Positions 40,070-53,057 of a stretch of DNA of 64,000 bases are shown in pieces. Position numbers and translations under genes: made by a program. Positions within the stretch are counted from its first letter, which is position 1. Each line of letters starts with the position of its first letter. Origin of the DNA: Malacoraja senta (lineage: Eukaryota); the NCBI GenBank assembly GCA_038087875.1, contig JAXLNO010005561.1, positions 124,001 through 188,000 of the forward strand, given 5' to 3'. A model generated the notes under the pieces. That model worked only from the letters and a program-made list of their open reading frames with translations. It was not told where the DNA came from and searched no databases.

Positions 40070-40830
40070 ATTTTTTGTTGAACATCTGGGATGTAACAAC
40101 AATAAAAGAAGGAAAGAAAGCATTTGCAAGTGGAATTCAGTCTGGAGAAGTGTGAGGTAACGCATTTCAGGAGGAAAAACAGCGCAAGGGAACACCCGAT
40201 AAATGGGAGGCTTCTGTGAGGTGTTAAACAGAGCGACCTTGCAGTAGGTCCACAGATCCTCAAAAGGTGGTAGGACAGTTGTCATGGAAAAGCATTTTTG
40301 GGAGGCTTTCCTTTATTAACCATGACATAATATTAGAGGTTATGCTCCTAGATGAAAGTGAGTTGTTATGTCCGGTACAGTGTACTGAGGAGAAAGTGAC
40401 TGAAGATATGTTTTGGATGCAACTGTGCAAGAGAAAAAATGAAAGACCTTTTTTTTCCAAAATATGCTTTGTTCACATAATATGCAGTTCTGCATCAGGG
40501 TATGCATTATCTTCACTCATGGAACCAATCAGGTCCTTGCATTTCACTTATAATATTTTTATTATGTCAACATGTCACTAATGTTTCTTCCTCAAATGTT
40601 CCATCAATGAAATATTTGACCAGTAAGTAATTTGACCCTTGTTTATGTGAGCACCGAATATAACACTTGTTAAGCCAGGGTTTGAATACTGCATAGAGTT
40701 CTGATCACCACTTTACAGGAAATATGTAATTGCATCGGAGAGGGTGTAGAGATTAATGAGGATGTTGCCAGAATGAGAAAAATTGACCCATAAGAAAAGA
40801 TTGGATAAGCTAGAGTTGTTTTCTATATGT
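40070..40830 (+). mobile_element. Degraded CR1 ORF2 3' fragments
   Basis: tggaattcagtctggagaagtgtgaggtaacgcatttc and tactgcatagagttctgatcacca parallel the WQMQFNVDKCEVIHF and LEFCVQFWSP blocks of the CR1 copy at 48166-49215. Confidence 0.6.
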
Positions 40831-40910
40831 AACACACCTGATATTCACCCTAGTCTTTCAATAAATCACTGGGTGGTAATTAGGATTGGGAGCTCAGTCT
40901 ATCTACATCC

Positions 40911-41029
40911 CTGAAGAAGGGTCTCGACCCAAAACATCATCCATTCCTTCTCTCCAGAGATGCTGCCGCTGAGTTACTCCAGCTTTTTGTGTCTATCTTT
41001 GGTTTAAACCAGCAGTTTCTTCTTACACA
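40911..41029 (+). mobile_element. PLE-derived short repeat, hammerhead core decayed at both CpGs
   Basis: ctgaagaagggtctcgacccaaaacatc...agagatgctgcc. Confidence 0.85.
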
Positions 41030-41179
41030 TCTATTTCCCTGATCTTGGAATGCTGTCATGAGCTAGATCAGTAAAGCATTAATTCATTGGGAACCGTTTG
41101 ATAACCTAACTGTATCCTATTTTTAAAATCAATTTTGCTAAAGAAAACCTTTCATTTAAATGATCACTGTCTTTGATAT

Positions 41180-42900
41180 TAGTTTGATATTGGTTTATTC
41201 TGGTCAAATGTACCAAAATGCAGCAAAAAAAATTGTTTTGCAGCTATCCAGGCAAATCATACCATACATGAGTACATCAGGTAGAGCAAAAGAAAAAAAT
41301 AAACAGAGTGCAGAATGTAGTGTTACATCTACAGAGATATGAGAGCTAGCATATGAGAGATGCATTCAGGAGTCTGATAGCAGTGGGAAAGAAGCTACTC
41401 TTGAATCTGGTGGTATGTGCGTTTGAGCTTTTGTATTCCCAATCCCAGCAGGAGAGGGGAAAATGGAAAATTACCAGTGTGTGAGTGACCTTGATTATGT
41501 TGGTTGCTTTTCGGAGGCAGCGTGATGTGTAGAATGATTTAATGGAAAGGGGTGGGGGAGGGGGGCGGGGGGCGAGGGGGGTGGGGGTGGAGGAGGCTGA
41601 TTTACATGATGGGCTGGGCTATATTTAATTTGTTGCAGTCTTGGCAGAACAGTTGTCAAACCAAGCTGTCAAGCATCTTGATAGGAAGATTTCTATGGTG
41701 TTTATCTGTAGAAATTGCTACTGCAAGTAAGAATTTCATTGTTCTATCTGGGACATATATTGCAATCAAACACTCTAGATTCTTGAAATTGGTATGTAAT
41801 TGGAGGCAAGTCGAATTTCTTTATGCTTCTGAGGAAGAAGAGGCATGGTACGTTTTCTTAACCACAGTGTCAATGTGAGTGGACCAGGACAAATCATTGG
41901 TGATGTTAGCACCAAAGGACTTGAAGCTCTCGACCATCTCCACTTTGGCACCATGGATACAGACTGATGCTTCCTGAAGTGAATGTCTAACTCCTTCATT
42001 TTGATGTCTTATTTGTTTTCCTGTACTCATTGAGAATCATTGTTTGAGAACTGGCTCATTCATCACAGTGTTATCATCTGAAAATAGAGTTAGAGCAGAA
42101 TTTGACTGTACAGTCGTGAGCGTATTGGTATGCGGTTGAGAAAGTAGCCTTGGGGGAAACTGGTGTCGAGTATTATGTGGAGGATAATTTGTCACCTATC
42201 CTTACTGATTGCGGTCTAAGTGTCAGCATGTTATGGATCCAGTTGCAGTGCGGTTTGCTGACTCCTAGGTCCAGATGCATGGAGATGAATTTGAATGTAA
42301 TGATGGTCTTGAAGGTAGAGCTATGGTCAATAAATAGGAGCCTGGCATCGGTGTCCATGTTATGCAGATGTTCCAGGGTTGAGTGGGAGATGTCATCTGC
42401 CATGGACCAGGTGCAGTGGATCAAGGCGGTCCTGGATGCTGGCGTCAATGGACGCCATGTCTAGCCTCTTGAGGCACTTTGTAATGGTGGATGTCATTAA
42501 GGCATACTGCCTTGTCTTACTTATGTCATTGGGGTGATAGTGGTTTTCTTAAAACAGGTGGGAACCTCAGATTGGAGTAGGGACCGGTTAAAGAACTCTG
42601 TCAATACTCCTACAACTGGTCCATGCAGGTTTAGAGGACATAGGCAGGGACTCCATTCGGGCCAGTTGCCTTCCACTGCAATGGTGACCGTGGGTACAGG
42701 TACACACACGGCTGTTGGGATGAGTGTTGTCATTCCGCCGACCTTCTGTTCAAAACGAGCATTGAACGCATTGAGTTTGTCAAGGAGGAATGTACGTTGC
42801 CAGCAATTCTGCATGACTTCACTTTGTAACCCCTCATAGCATATGCAAACCTAGCCACAATTGTCGGCATCTAAGTGGACTATATTTACAGCCAATTGAG
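41180..42900 (-). mobile_element. Degenerate Rex1/Babar LINE reverse transcriptase region and tail
   Basis: Frameshifted ORF pieces read LLDKLNAFNARFE, EVPTCFKKTTITP, SMADDISHSTLEHL..DARLLFIDHSSTFKTI and VEMVESFKSFGANITNDLSWSTHIDTVVKK. Confidence 0.85.
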
Positions 42901-44899
42901 TCCATGTATATTGCAATCAAGGTGAGTGCCAGAATAATCTTCAAGATAACACGTAAAGAAAGGAATCTGGAACCTGAAGCCAATCATAGTATGTGTATTG
43001 TTGCTTAGCAACTTGAGGAAACTCATTGGTTGTTTCTGCTAATAGTTCCCATTTCAGTTTAATTGGTAGGAGGTGGGGGAAATATAAAAGTTTTGAAATC
43101 ATTGAACAAAGGAAAGGAGGGAGTTCACATTAAAAAAAATATATGTGAAAATCCTGCTGTCTTTTGACATTCATTTTCCAACAGTACATACCATGAACTC
43201 TAGCTACACATATTCTGAGGCCACGACACCACAGAGAGGAGACACATCAAAAGATTATAACATGTGCAGGTATAATGGCAATAATAATAGTATCCATAAA
43301 TTGCTTGCACATCATTTTGTAAGTTTTTCATTTATCTAAGTTATTCTTCTAGTTATAAACTTATTACTCACATCCACAACCTGGAATCAGTGTGTGTGCA
43401 TATTATCAACAAATTTTAATTTCATTTTATTAAATAATTTGTATGTAACTTTTTATGTTACATATAAATGTAGTTGATCATGTTAATTGGATACATTATT
43501 ACCTTGATTAAAATGCATTACATAATTTTGTCAATCTGAATTTTATAAACCAACACACCTTTTCACAATTAGCTTTAAATGTAAATTACCCTCCTTACTC
43601 TCATGAATACATTAGCATGCGAACAATGGTGACCCTCTGAGATAAAGCAACATTCAATGTCTGTGTATGACTTCATTAATGTTTAAACAGGTGTTGGATT
43701 CAGCCGAGCTTGCATACGAATCCAACATCCTTCATAAAGAGGTTGAAATTCTGCTCCTGTCTACCAGCACCAAACAAAGGGAGTAGAAAACCAAGATCGA
43801 TGTCAGCGTGCCTGATTTGTATTTTATGTTCTCTTTCTCTGCACAAGGACATAGGATGCTTACATTATTGCATGACCTATATTTCATTAAAGTCTTTCAT
43901 TAAAATCAGTGGCTGGGGGGAGTTGTGTCTGCCATAGCATTGGGAACACAGGTGTGGATCCACCTATGCCTGTGGCCTGTTTGTCATGGATTCACCTGGA
44001 TTCAAAATTTCTACTCCTATCTCATCATCACAATCTTGGCACTGTGACGAACTTAGGTGCACGGCTGTGGAATCCAATGGCGTGAGCAGCTAGCAGCAAC
44101 TGAAAAAAGTTAGAACTGATTAAACTTACATCACTGCCACTTAAAGTGGAAATCCAAATTCCCTGTGACCACATGTGGAAGTCATTCCATGAATGTTGTG
44201 AGCTGGATGGATGCCACGGAGGAGCACAGATAAGAGCATGTTTCTGAATTTTAAGCCTTGGCCCTGAATATCTAGGTTGATAAGACAGAGGAAAAGATTC
44301 CTGTGCAGGAAGCCATTGCAGGCCACAGCAAAACAGCTGTGGTTAGAGGTATAGGGCTCTGAGGGGATGGGGATATTGTGTGGGAGCAGTAGGGAGGGGG
44401 AGATCATAATCAAGTTTTAAAGCAGCAGTGAAACCTTAATAACATGAAGGCATAGACACAACTTCAGGCTTGGTCAAGATCAACAAAAGCATGATTAAAT
44501 CCCACATCCTAGCCACCATGCTACCAACTTCAAACTCTGTTCTCTCTGCCTGAAGGTTTTACCCAAATAGATGAAAATGAACTCATCTATCCTTTTGTTG
44601 GGAACTGCCATAATCTTCCTTACGCAGCAATACACTGCAAACTTGAAGAAGTGACTTGGCTCAGCACCAGTTTGGAAAGAGCCATAGGCATGAAAATTTC
44701 AGAATCAGCATTACCTTGACTGTCACTGGCAAGGCAAATTTGGGACCTGTTGAGTAACTGCAGGTGTGTTACAATATGTGGCTGTTTTCCATAGAGCTTA
44801 ATTTGGACAAATGAAGTTAGCAGTAGTATCACTCCTCTGTCAAGTTAAGACAGGAGAAGTGGCTTTAGAATATTCACTGTGGATAAGGCCTGCTCCAAT

Positions 44900-45510
44900 T
44901 ATATTTTTACCTGCTGCAGCTTCACACAAACACTGACACAAGACAATTAATAAATGTACAGAAATCAATAATACAATAAATCAAAAATACAATACATTAT
45001 CAGTAATTCTAGGTAACCAGGCCATAATAGTGCAAACCAAAGTATAGAGTGCCATCTAAACAAAGTTTATCATAGTTCAATGCAGAGGTAGGATTTTGGT
45101 TACAATTGTGCAGGCTGATTCATGAGCCTGATGATTGCTGAGAAGAATCTGTTCTTGAACCTGGTGGTTTCCAATCTCCTTTACCTTCATTCTGAAGGTA
45201 GTAGAAGAAGAGAGTGCAGATGGAATGATGTGGATCTTTGATGATATTAGCTGTCTTACTGAGGCAGCCCTTCCTGTAGATCCCTATGATGATGAGGTCA
45301 ATGCCCAAGGGACTGAGCAATGTTCTCTACTTTCTGCAGCCTCCTTCATTCTTGTGCCTTCGTCCGAGTTACTGAACCAGTGTGCAACAAGTCAGTATGT
45401 TCTCCACCATACTGCTGCAGAGGTTCGATAGATATTCGGCCACATGCCGAATATCCTCAAATGTCTGAGGAAGTAGAGGCATTGATGAACCTTTTTTGTG
45501 ATTACATCGA
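44900..45510 (-). mobile_element. Degenerate Rex1/Babar LINE 3' fragment
   Basis: The ORF piece CLSKTANIIKDPHH is typical of the Rex1 C-terminus. Confidence 0.65.
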
Positions 45511-46160
45511 TGAGCAAAGTGCATCAAAGAAACAATGCGCTAACACAAAGTGAATCAATGGTTTCATTGTATTTTCATGGAATAAATTAATATTACTGAT
45601 ATTAAATCAATATTACACAAGAAATAAGTTGATGATTGATACATCTGATGTGGATGGGCAATGCACTGAAGTGAAGGCCAATCAACACCCATAACATCAA
45701 GGAAACAGACACTTAGGAGGTCAATTTTGCAGCCTTCTTAACAAGCATGCACAATCACTAACACAAAGCTAGCAGATCCATCAGCATCCGTGAACAATTA
45801 AAGATTTGCTAGGATATCACAAATCTATAATCAAGACACTTTTTCTTCCCACTTTCACTTTTCCAAATTTTCTCAAATATTTCTTTTGAAACAGTGACTC
45901 CTGCTGGGATATAAAAGCATTCCGTGGTGTTTTGCCAAAGTTGGTATAATACTGTATATTTTTGATAGCAACAGTGATTGTAAGTAGTATAAGCATGTGT
46001 CGAGCTTCTCTTTACACTTGTATACATTAAATAATCGTTGGATAGCAATTAGGAACATGAACCCTGGTTCATTCTATTTATGATTCATTGCCCACAAACA
46101 TTGAATGAATTGTATTTTCTCCAGTGTTACCCAAACTAAGATCAGTTAACATAACACCCA

Positions 46161-46416
46161 TTTTTTATTATGTCATATATGTAAGCAAAATAGACAAAGA
46201 TTTTAAATCAACACACAATATGCAGAAGTTCAACCATTTGTACCAGTATACTGGGAAAATGTGCTGCAATTCTATAAGTACATTTGTGCTTTAATTTAAA
46301 AATAAATATTCTGTAAGTAACAATTTACTTAGCAGTGACTAATAATTAATGTTAACCCACATGAATAAATTCATGCATTTGGAAAACTGAACTCATAAAT
46401 TTTACTTTTCACTGAA
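46161..46416. repeat. ~250-bp direct repeat, copy 1
   Basis: Aligns end to end with 47523-47765. Confidence 0.9.
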
Positions 46417-47522
46417 TTTCAGTTGAATTTGGTAATCCAATGATCAGAATTCGCAGTATATTTAGTTACGTGGATCCACTACAGATTTCTTGTTTTTGAG
46501 TCCTATATTTTCCATTGCAAGAGACCAAAGAGAAACGTCAGTTAGCCAGTCATGGAAGATGAGAATGGTGCACGCATCTCACCTTTATGATATGGTGCAT
46601 CTGTTATTAGCATCTGTTTAATTTCTACTTCAGCCTCTCCACATTCAGGAAAGTGTAACCGCCACTTGACATTTTCATTAGCGGTTCTATTATAAATTTG
46701 TACATGCTAAAAATCTGAAATAAGCAGAAATCGCTAAGATAAAACACACCTGGCAGGTCATGCAGCACCCATGGAGAAGGAAATAAAGTTAACGGCAACC
46801 CAATGACTGACAGCAGAAAATCATGAAACAGCGGATGTGATAAATCTGAGATAAAAACAGAAATAGTTGGAACTATTTTCGCAGGAGAGAGAAGCAGAGT
46901 TAATATTTCAGGACAGTGATCCATCCTAAGAACTGGAAAAGAAGAGACAGGAGAAAATGAAGTTAAAAATTAAATCTTAGAATATGACATAATCCCAAGA
47001 ACCCTGTCATCCTCTCAGGGATGTTTTGAAGCACTCTCCTGATCACTATTCCTCCCATGAACGTGTTCTACCCATTGAGGTGTTTCCCAACTCCACGAGC
47101 CCCAAATCTCTCTCTCTCAACATTCAAATCCTCTTGGGCTTCTTTACCTTTTCAGAAATTGGAAATATTCCGAATGCCAAGCCAAAATATCTGATTTCTC
47201 CATGCTAATGGCTAGATGAAAAATGGAAATAATGAGTTCTTGATTTGCTCAGTAGGGCATATACACCCCCAGGGTTACTGGGTTCATAGGATGCATTCAG
47301 CTATTTCCCCCACTCCCCAACCCACCTTCATTGCAAATGTTGGAGCCAACGTTTCAAATTAATGTTCCTTCACCAGAACACATGGATGTTATTTAAGAAC
47401 AGCTTTTAAAGTATTTATCTTTAATATATTTTTGGAACACTAACTCTGCTCCACAGTTTACAGATGATGCCTATCCTATTGTGCATCTCTACATTTCCAG
47501 CTAGAACAGGGACAGATGTAAA

Positions 47523-47765
47523 TTTTTTATTAAGTCATATATGTAAGCAAAATAGTCAAAGATTTTAAATCAACACACAATATGCAGAAGTTCAACCATT
47601 GGGACCAGTATACTTAGGAAACATGCTGCAATTCTATAAGTACATTTGTGCTTTAATTTAAAAAGAAATATTCTATAAGTAGCAATTTACTCAGTTGTGA
47701 CTAACACACCTACAAGTAAATGTACGCATTTGAAAAATTGAACATAAAGTTTACTTTTCACTGAA
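47523..47765. repeat. ~250-bp direct repeat, copy 2
   Basis: Aligns with 46161-46416, with scattered substitutions and small indels. Confidence 0.9.
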
Positions 47766-48165
47766 CTAGTGCAAGAGAACAACAATCAGAGTTGCCAGTT
47801 GCACTTCTTCAGAATCTGATCTGAACCACCATAATTTTACTGTCTGTTGATAATTCTGATGTGTCCCTGATTCTGTTGCCAAGTGCTACGTATGGAAACA
47901 GTTCCAATTCATTGTGGTGATATCTTTGATCACGATAATGCTTCAAAAATGCATATTTTTAAGAACAAGATACAGCAGACACCGGAAATCTGAAATAACA
48001 GAAAATAGCAAGTCAAATTGTATCAATGGTGAGTGAAACATAGTTAGTTTTTCAGACTCAGAGATAGCATTTCTCAGTTGTAATGAAAGACTGCAACCTG
48101 AGACATTATGCTTTTCTTTCGCCAATGCCACCTGACTTGCTGATCATCTGCAACATTTTCAATTT

Positions 48166-49215
48166 TAGACAATAGACAATAGGTGCAGGAGTAGGCCATT
48201 CGGCCCTTTGAGCCAGCACCGCCATTCACTGTGATTATGGCTGATCATCCACATTCAGTACCCCGTTCCTGCCTTCTCACCATATCCCCTGACTCCGCTA
48301 TCTTTAAGAGCTCTATCTAACTCTCTCTTGAAAGCATCCAGAGAATTGGCCTCCACTACCTTCTGAGGCAGAGAATTTCACAGATTCACCTCTCTCGGTG
48401 AAAAAGTTTTTCCTCATCTCCATTCTATATGGCCTAACCCTTTTTCTTAAACTGTGGCCCCTGGTTCTGGACTCCCCCAACATCGGGAACATGTTTCCTG
48501 CCTCTAGCGTGTCCAATCCCTTAATAATCTTATGTTTCAATAAGATCCCCTCTCATCCTAAATTCCAGAGTATACAAGCCCAGCCGCTCCATTCTATCAA
48601 CATATGACAGTCCCGCCAATCCGGGAATTAACCTCGTGAACCTATGCTGCACTCCCTCGATAGCAAGAATGTTCTTCCTCAAATTTGGAGACCAAAACTG
48701 TACACAAAACTCCAGGTGTGGTCTCACTAGGGCCCTGTACAACTGCAGAAGGACTTCTTCGCTCCTATACTCAACTCCTCTTGTTATGAAGGCCAATATG
48801 CCATTAGCTTTCTTCACTGCCTGCTGTACCTGCATGCTTACTTTCAGTGACTGATGTACAAGGACACCCAGATCTCGTTGTACTTCTACTTTTCCTAACT
48901 TGACGCCATTCAGATAATAATCTGCCTTCCTGTTCTTGCCATCAAAGTGGATAACCTCACATTTATCCACATTAAACTGCATCTGCCATGCATCTGCCCA
49001 CTCACCCAACCTGTCCAAGTCATCCTGCATCCTCATAGCATCCTCCTCACAGTTCACACTGCCACTCAGCTTTGTGTCATCTGCAAATTTGCTCATGTTA
49101 CTTCGAACCCCTTCATGCATATTGTACATAGCAGCGGTCCCAGCACCGAGCCTTGCAGTACCCCACTAGTCACTGCCTGCCATTCTGATAGGGACCCGTT
49201 AATCCCTACTTTTTG
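48166..49215 (-). mobile_element. 5'-truncated CR1 (HER1-like) LINE, relatively young
   Basis: ORF 48530-49129 contains SKFADDTKL (RT catalytic motif), WQMQFNVDKCEVIHF and YRALVRPHLEFCVQFWSP. The 3' end carries an (ATTGTCT)n tail. Confidence 0.95.
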
Positions 49216-49359
49216 TTTTAGGGAAAACAATGTCTGAACTGTACTTAACACTCAGAATAGAATGAGTTCTCATATATTTCCTTGTGACACAGAAGGAAGC
49301 CATTCAGTCTACCCAGTCAATGCCAGCTCTCGGAACACCAATCAGTTACATTGACTGTC

Positions 49360-50800
49360 ATAGAGTAATGCGTTATGGAAACAGGCCCTTTGGCCCAATT
49401 TGTTCTTACAGAAAATGGTGCTTTGCCTGCATTTCTGGTTATTTCAGATTTCCAGTGTCTGCATGAACCTGTCCAAATGTCTTTTGTACATTATAATTGT
49501 GTCTGCCTCTATTACTTCCTCTGGAAATTTGTTCCACGTGCCCCATATGACCCTCATGAGTCTAGAAACATCTTTGAGGTCACTGCTCACCTTTCTTTAT
49601 TCCAGGAAAAAATCCCAGCTGATCCAGTCTCTCGTCGTGACTCAAGCCCTCCAGTTCCGGCAACATCCTTGTGAATCTCTTCTGTACCACCTCTAGCTTA
49701 AATACAAATTTTATCTATAGTATGGTGGCACACAATGTTCCAGGTATAGTTTCACCAATTGCTATACAGGTGTAACATGAAGTCCCAATCCTTGCACACA
49801 ATGCACAGCATGTGTGCCACATGGCTTCTTCATCACTTGGTCGTCACTTTCAGAGAACTATGTACGAATGAATTGAATGAATGAATAAGTTTATTGGCCA
49901 AGTATGTTCACATACAAGGAATTTGCCTTGGTGCTCCGCTCGCAAGTGACAACATGACATACAGTGACAATTAAGAATGACACATAAAATATTAAACATG
50001 AATAATAAAACATTATCGATTAAATATGTGAATACCAGAGCAAAAGGAGGCTACTGATTTTTGGTTATTGAGTAGAGATACTACTCATGAAAAAAAGCTG
50101 TTTTTATGTCTGGCTGTGGCAGCTTTGACAGTCCGGAGTCGCCTTCCAGAGGGAAGTGATTCAAAGAGTTTGTGGCCAGGGTGAGAAGGGTCAGAGATGA
50201 TCTTACCTGCTCACTTCCTGGCCCTTACAGTGTACAGTTCGTCAACGGAGGGAAGGTTGCAGCCAACAACCTTCTCAGCTGATCGGACAATTCGCTGCAG
50301 CCTACGGGTGTCGTGCTTGGTGGCTGAGCCAAACCAGACCATGATGGAGAAGGTGAGGACAGACTCTACGATGGCCGTATAGAATTGGACCACCATTGCA
50401 GGAAGTACATCCTCTGTTGTGCCTTTTTGACTGTGGAGTCGATGGTGGCCCCCCATTTATGGTTCTTGGAGATGATGGTTCCCAGGAACTTAAAAGACTC
50501 CACAGATGTAACTGTGGTGTTGTTGATGGTGAGTGGGGTGAGGGGAGGGGGAGCTCTCCTAAAGTCCACAATCAATTCCACTGTCTTAAGAGCATTAACC
50601 TCCAGCATGTTGCGATGACACCAGGACGCCAGCTGTGTCACTTCCTGTACTCCTGGATCTCTCTATTCCACATCTCTCCTCGGGGGACTGTTTTTCACTA
50701 CATGAGTCCTGCCCTGGTTTAACTTCCCAAAATGCATCAGTTTGCACTTGTCTATATTAAATTCCTTCTGTCATTCCTTTGCCCACTCCCAGTTGATCTA
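49360..50800 (-). mobile_element. Old CR1 3' fragment split by a Rex1 insertion
   Basis: The CR1 tail ggaaacaggccctttggccca lies at ~49377. CR1-like sequence stops at ...gaactatgtac (49865) and resumes at tcctggatctctc (~50651). Confidence 0.7.
49866..50641 (-). mobile_element. 5'-truncated Rex1/Babar LINE
   Basis: ORF pieces read QLASWCHRNMLEVNALKTVELIVDFRR...ESFKFLGTIIS...KKAQQRMYFL and FYTAIVESVLTFSIMVWFGS. The 3' end has an (ATTC)n tail. Confidence 0.9.
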
Positions 50801-51105
50801 GTTCTATTGAGTAGCTCTAGCAAATCTCCCTATCAGGATATTGGTTCCCCTGCAATTCAGGTGCAATCTCTCATACACGTAATCTCTGCCCCAGAAGAGA
50901 TTCCAATAGTCTAGGAACCTGTATCCCTCTCTTTCTTGTACCATTTCCTCAGCTATGCATTCATCTATCCTATTCCTACCCTCACTAGTACATAGCACCA
51001 GGAGTAATCCAGAGATTACAACCCTTAGGTCCTTTTAATCTTCTGTCCTTTAAGCTTTCACATTGCAGGACCTCATTCCTTTTTCTACCAATATCATTGG
51101 TACCT
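50800..51105 (-). mobile_element. CR1 ORF1 esterase (SGNH-like) fragment
   Basis: GTNDIGRKRNEVL and GYRFLDYWNLFWGR..LHLNCRGTNIL.GRFA. Confidence 0.8.
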
Positions 51106-51107
51106 TC

Positions 51108-51912
51108 TGGCCGACATTGCCGACTGGCCCATTCCAGACTGCAGGAGTACATGCTGAGGGACTCATTGATGTTTGGTGCAGTCAACACCAAGGCTTTGTG
51201 TGGTAGGACCATAGTCTAGCGCAGGGGTGGGGAACCTGCGGCCTTAAGGCCGCATGCGGCCTTCTAGGCCATTAAGTGCGGCCTTTTGAATGAATCCAAA
51301 TTTTGTAGAACAAATCCTTTTATTTTTATTAATATGTTTTTGTTAGTCTTATTATTTTATTTTAATCTTAAAATGAACGTATTTAAAATACCAAAGAGTA
51401 AAAGAAGATTCAAAGAAATAATCCTCCCCGACTGACGGCCACAATTAAAACATTAGTAAGTCATGAGGGCTATTTTATTGCCACGAAGAGTTACTCGCTT
51501 TGGGCACTCTTACGGGTAGAACACGAGGAATAGATTTCTTCAACAACTTTCAAGATAAATGTTGTGAAGTATATCTAATTGAAGTTTCTTAGATGCGGCC
51601 TTATTAGATTTCAGCTAACTTAATGCGGCCTTCCAACATGAAAAGGTTCCCCACCCCTGGTCTAGCGTCTCTTCACTGCTAGGCATTGAGGGGCAGAGTC
51701 TGGTGGGAAGGCCCATCAAACAAGGGAAGGGATATTATCCCAGGGGTGCCTCATGAGTGGTAAGGGTATTTTGTTTTGCTTAAAGATAGGCGCAAACTCA
51801 ACTGAGTATGACACTAATAAATGTGTAGCAGCTGAGAATGTCTGAAGAGGTTTTGCAGTTTTTGGTTTATATTTTTTATTTTGAATAAAGTTTAATTTTA
51901 GAAATAAGAAAA
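51108..51912 (+). mobile_element. Tx1/L1-clade LINE 3' end (ORF2 C-terminus and 3' UTR), interrupted by a hAT MITE
   Basis: The frame reads CRLAHSRLQEYMLRDSLMFGAVNTKALCGRTIV*. The 3' UTR ends aataaagtttaattttagaaataagaaaa. Confidence 0.65.
51222..51659. mobile_element. hAT-Charlie/Buster-type MITE, 438 bp
   Basis: Perfect 16-bp TIR CAGGGGTGGGGAACCT and perfect 8-bp TSD gtctagcg (51214-51221, 51660-51667) with a central TA. Subterminal GCGGCC motifs are repeated. Confidence 0.95.
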
Positions 51913-53057
51913 TATCGCTATCAACTCTCCATGATCCTCCTCCCACTCACGTCCACTGATTTACAGTGGCCCATAAAGTGATCAACCTCTTTAATATGCC
52001 AGCAGAAATCACACAGTCACAGGGAGTATGTGTAAATTCTATTCAGCCAACACCTAAGGTCAGAATTGAACCCAGGAGAGAGGATCTGTGTATCATTATG
52101 CCACCAACAATCATAAATGCAGACACTAAAACTGGTAGTTTATTAACTATTAAAACCTCCATAAGGTGATTGCTTACAGAAAAGTTTTTCTTTAATAAAC
52201 ATAAACGTTGTATTCTTTTATTTCCTTTTTTTTGGTGCCAATTTTCCCCTTCTCTTCTGGGTTGCAGGTCTATAGGAATCCTTCCATGCCTTATCCAGGT
52301 ATGAACGTAGACAGTATGCATTGGGAAACTAGTTAATTCGGGATGGCAGCACAGCCAAAATCAATTATTCATTCACTCAATGTCCATATCCGCACATTTC
52401 CAACACAATTCACTAAATGGCCATCATGAGCAGAACACTGGCTGACATTTATTTTTCTTCCTAATCTCCTTAGTTGAGAGACACTAATCAGCCTATGTTG
52501 GAGAATTGAACCTGGGACCTTCTTGTTGGTGATTATTATCATTTGACTGATGGATTCTATCAATGACTCTGTCAGTGATTATTCTGGCATACATATATTG
52601 ACTCCATGTCTAGGAGCATCTTGACATTTTAAATTCTCACCCATCTTTTCAAAATCCTCCAACACCAAGAAGAATGTCATTGTTCCATTCCCAGTGCATA
52701 TGCCAATTAAACACTCTTAACTTGATTCAACTGAACTCTCCTTGTCGATTACTTCCTCCATCCCTTCAAGGATTTTGCTCTATTCCAATTTTGGCCTTTT
52801 ATTCCTTCTTGTTTGTAATCACTCCATAACTGAAGACAGTGGCCTTAGCTAGCTTACCTTTGCTTTTGAATTCCCTGTCTACATCTTTCTACCTCTTCTT
52901 TCTTCTCTCTTGAGATGCTATTTTAAACTATGTTCCTAGCCATGATGTAGATCAGTATTGGATTGTTCGATTTCAAAGATAATAAGTGCTTAGGAATATC
53001 ATTAGTGCAAGTAAAAATGGCTCAGTGTGCAATTTTCTATATATTGTTGTGAGGAAG

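Noticed and set aside
46161-47765. LTR retrotransposon
   Set aside because: The repeats lack TG...CA ends, and no primer-binding site, polypurine tract, TSD or gag/pol remnant is evident.
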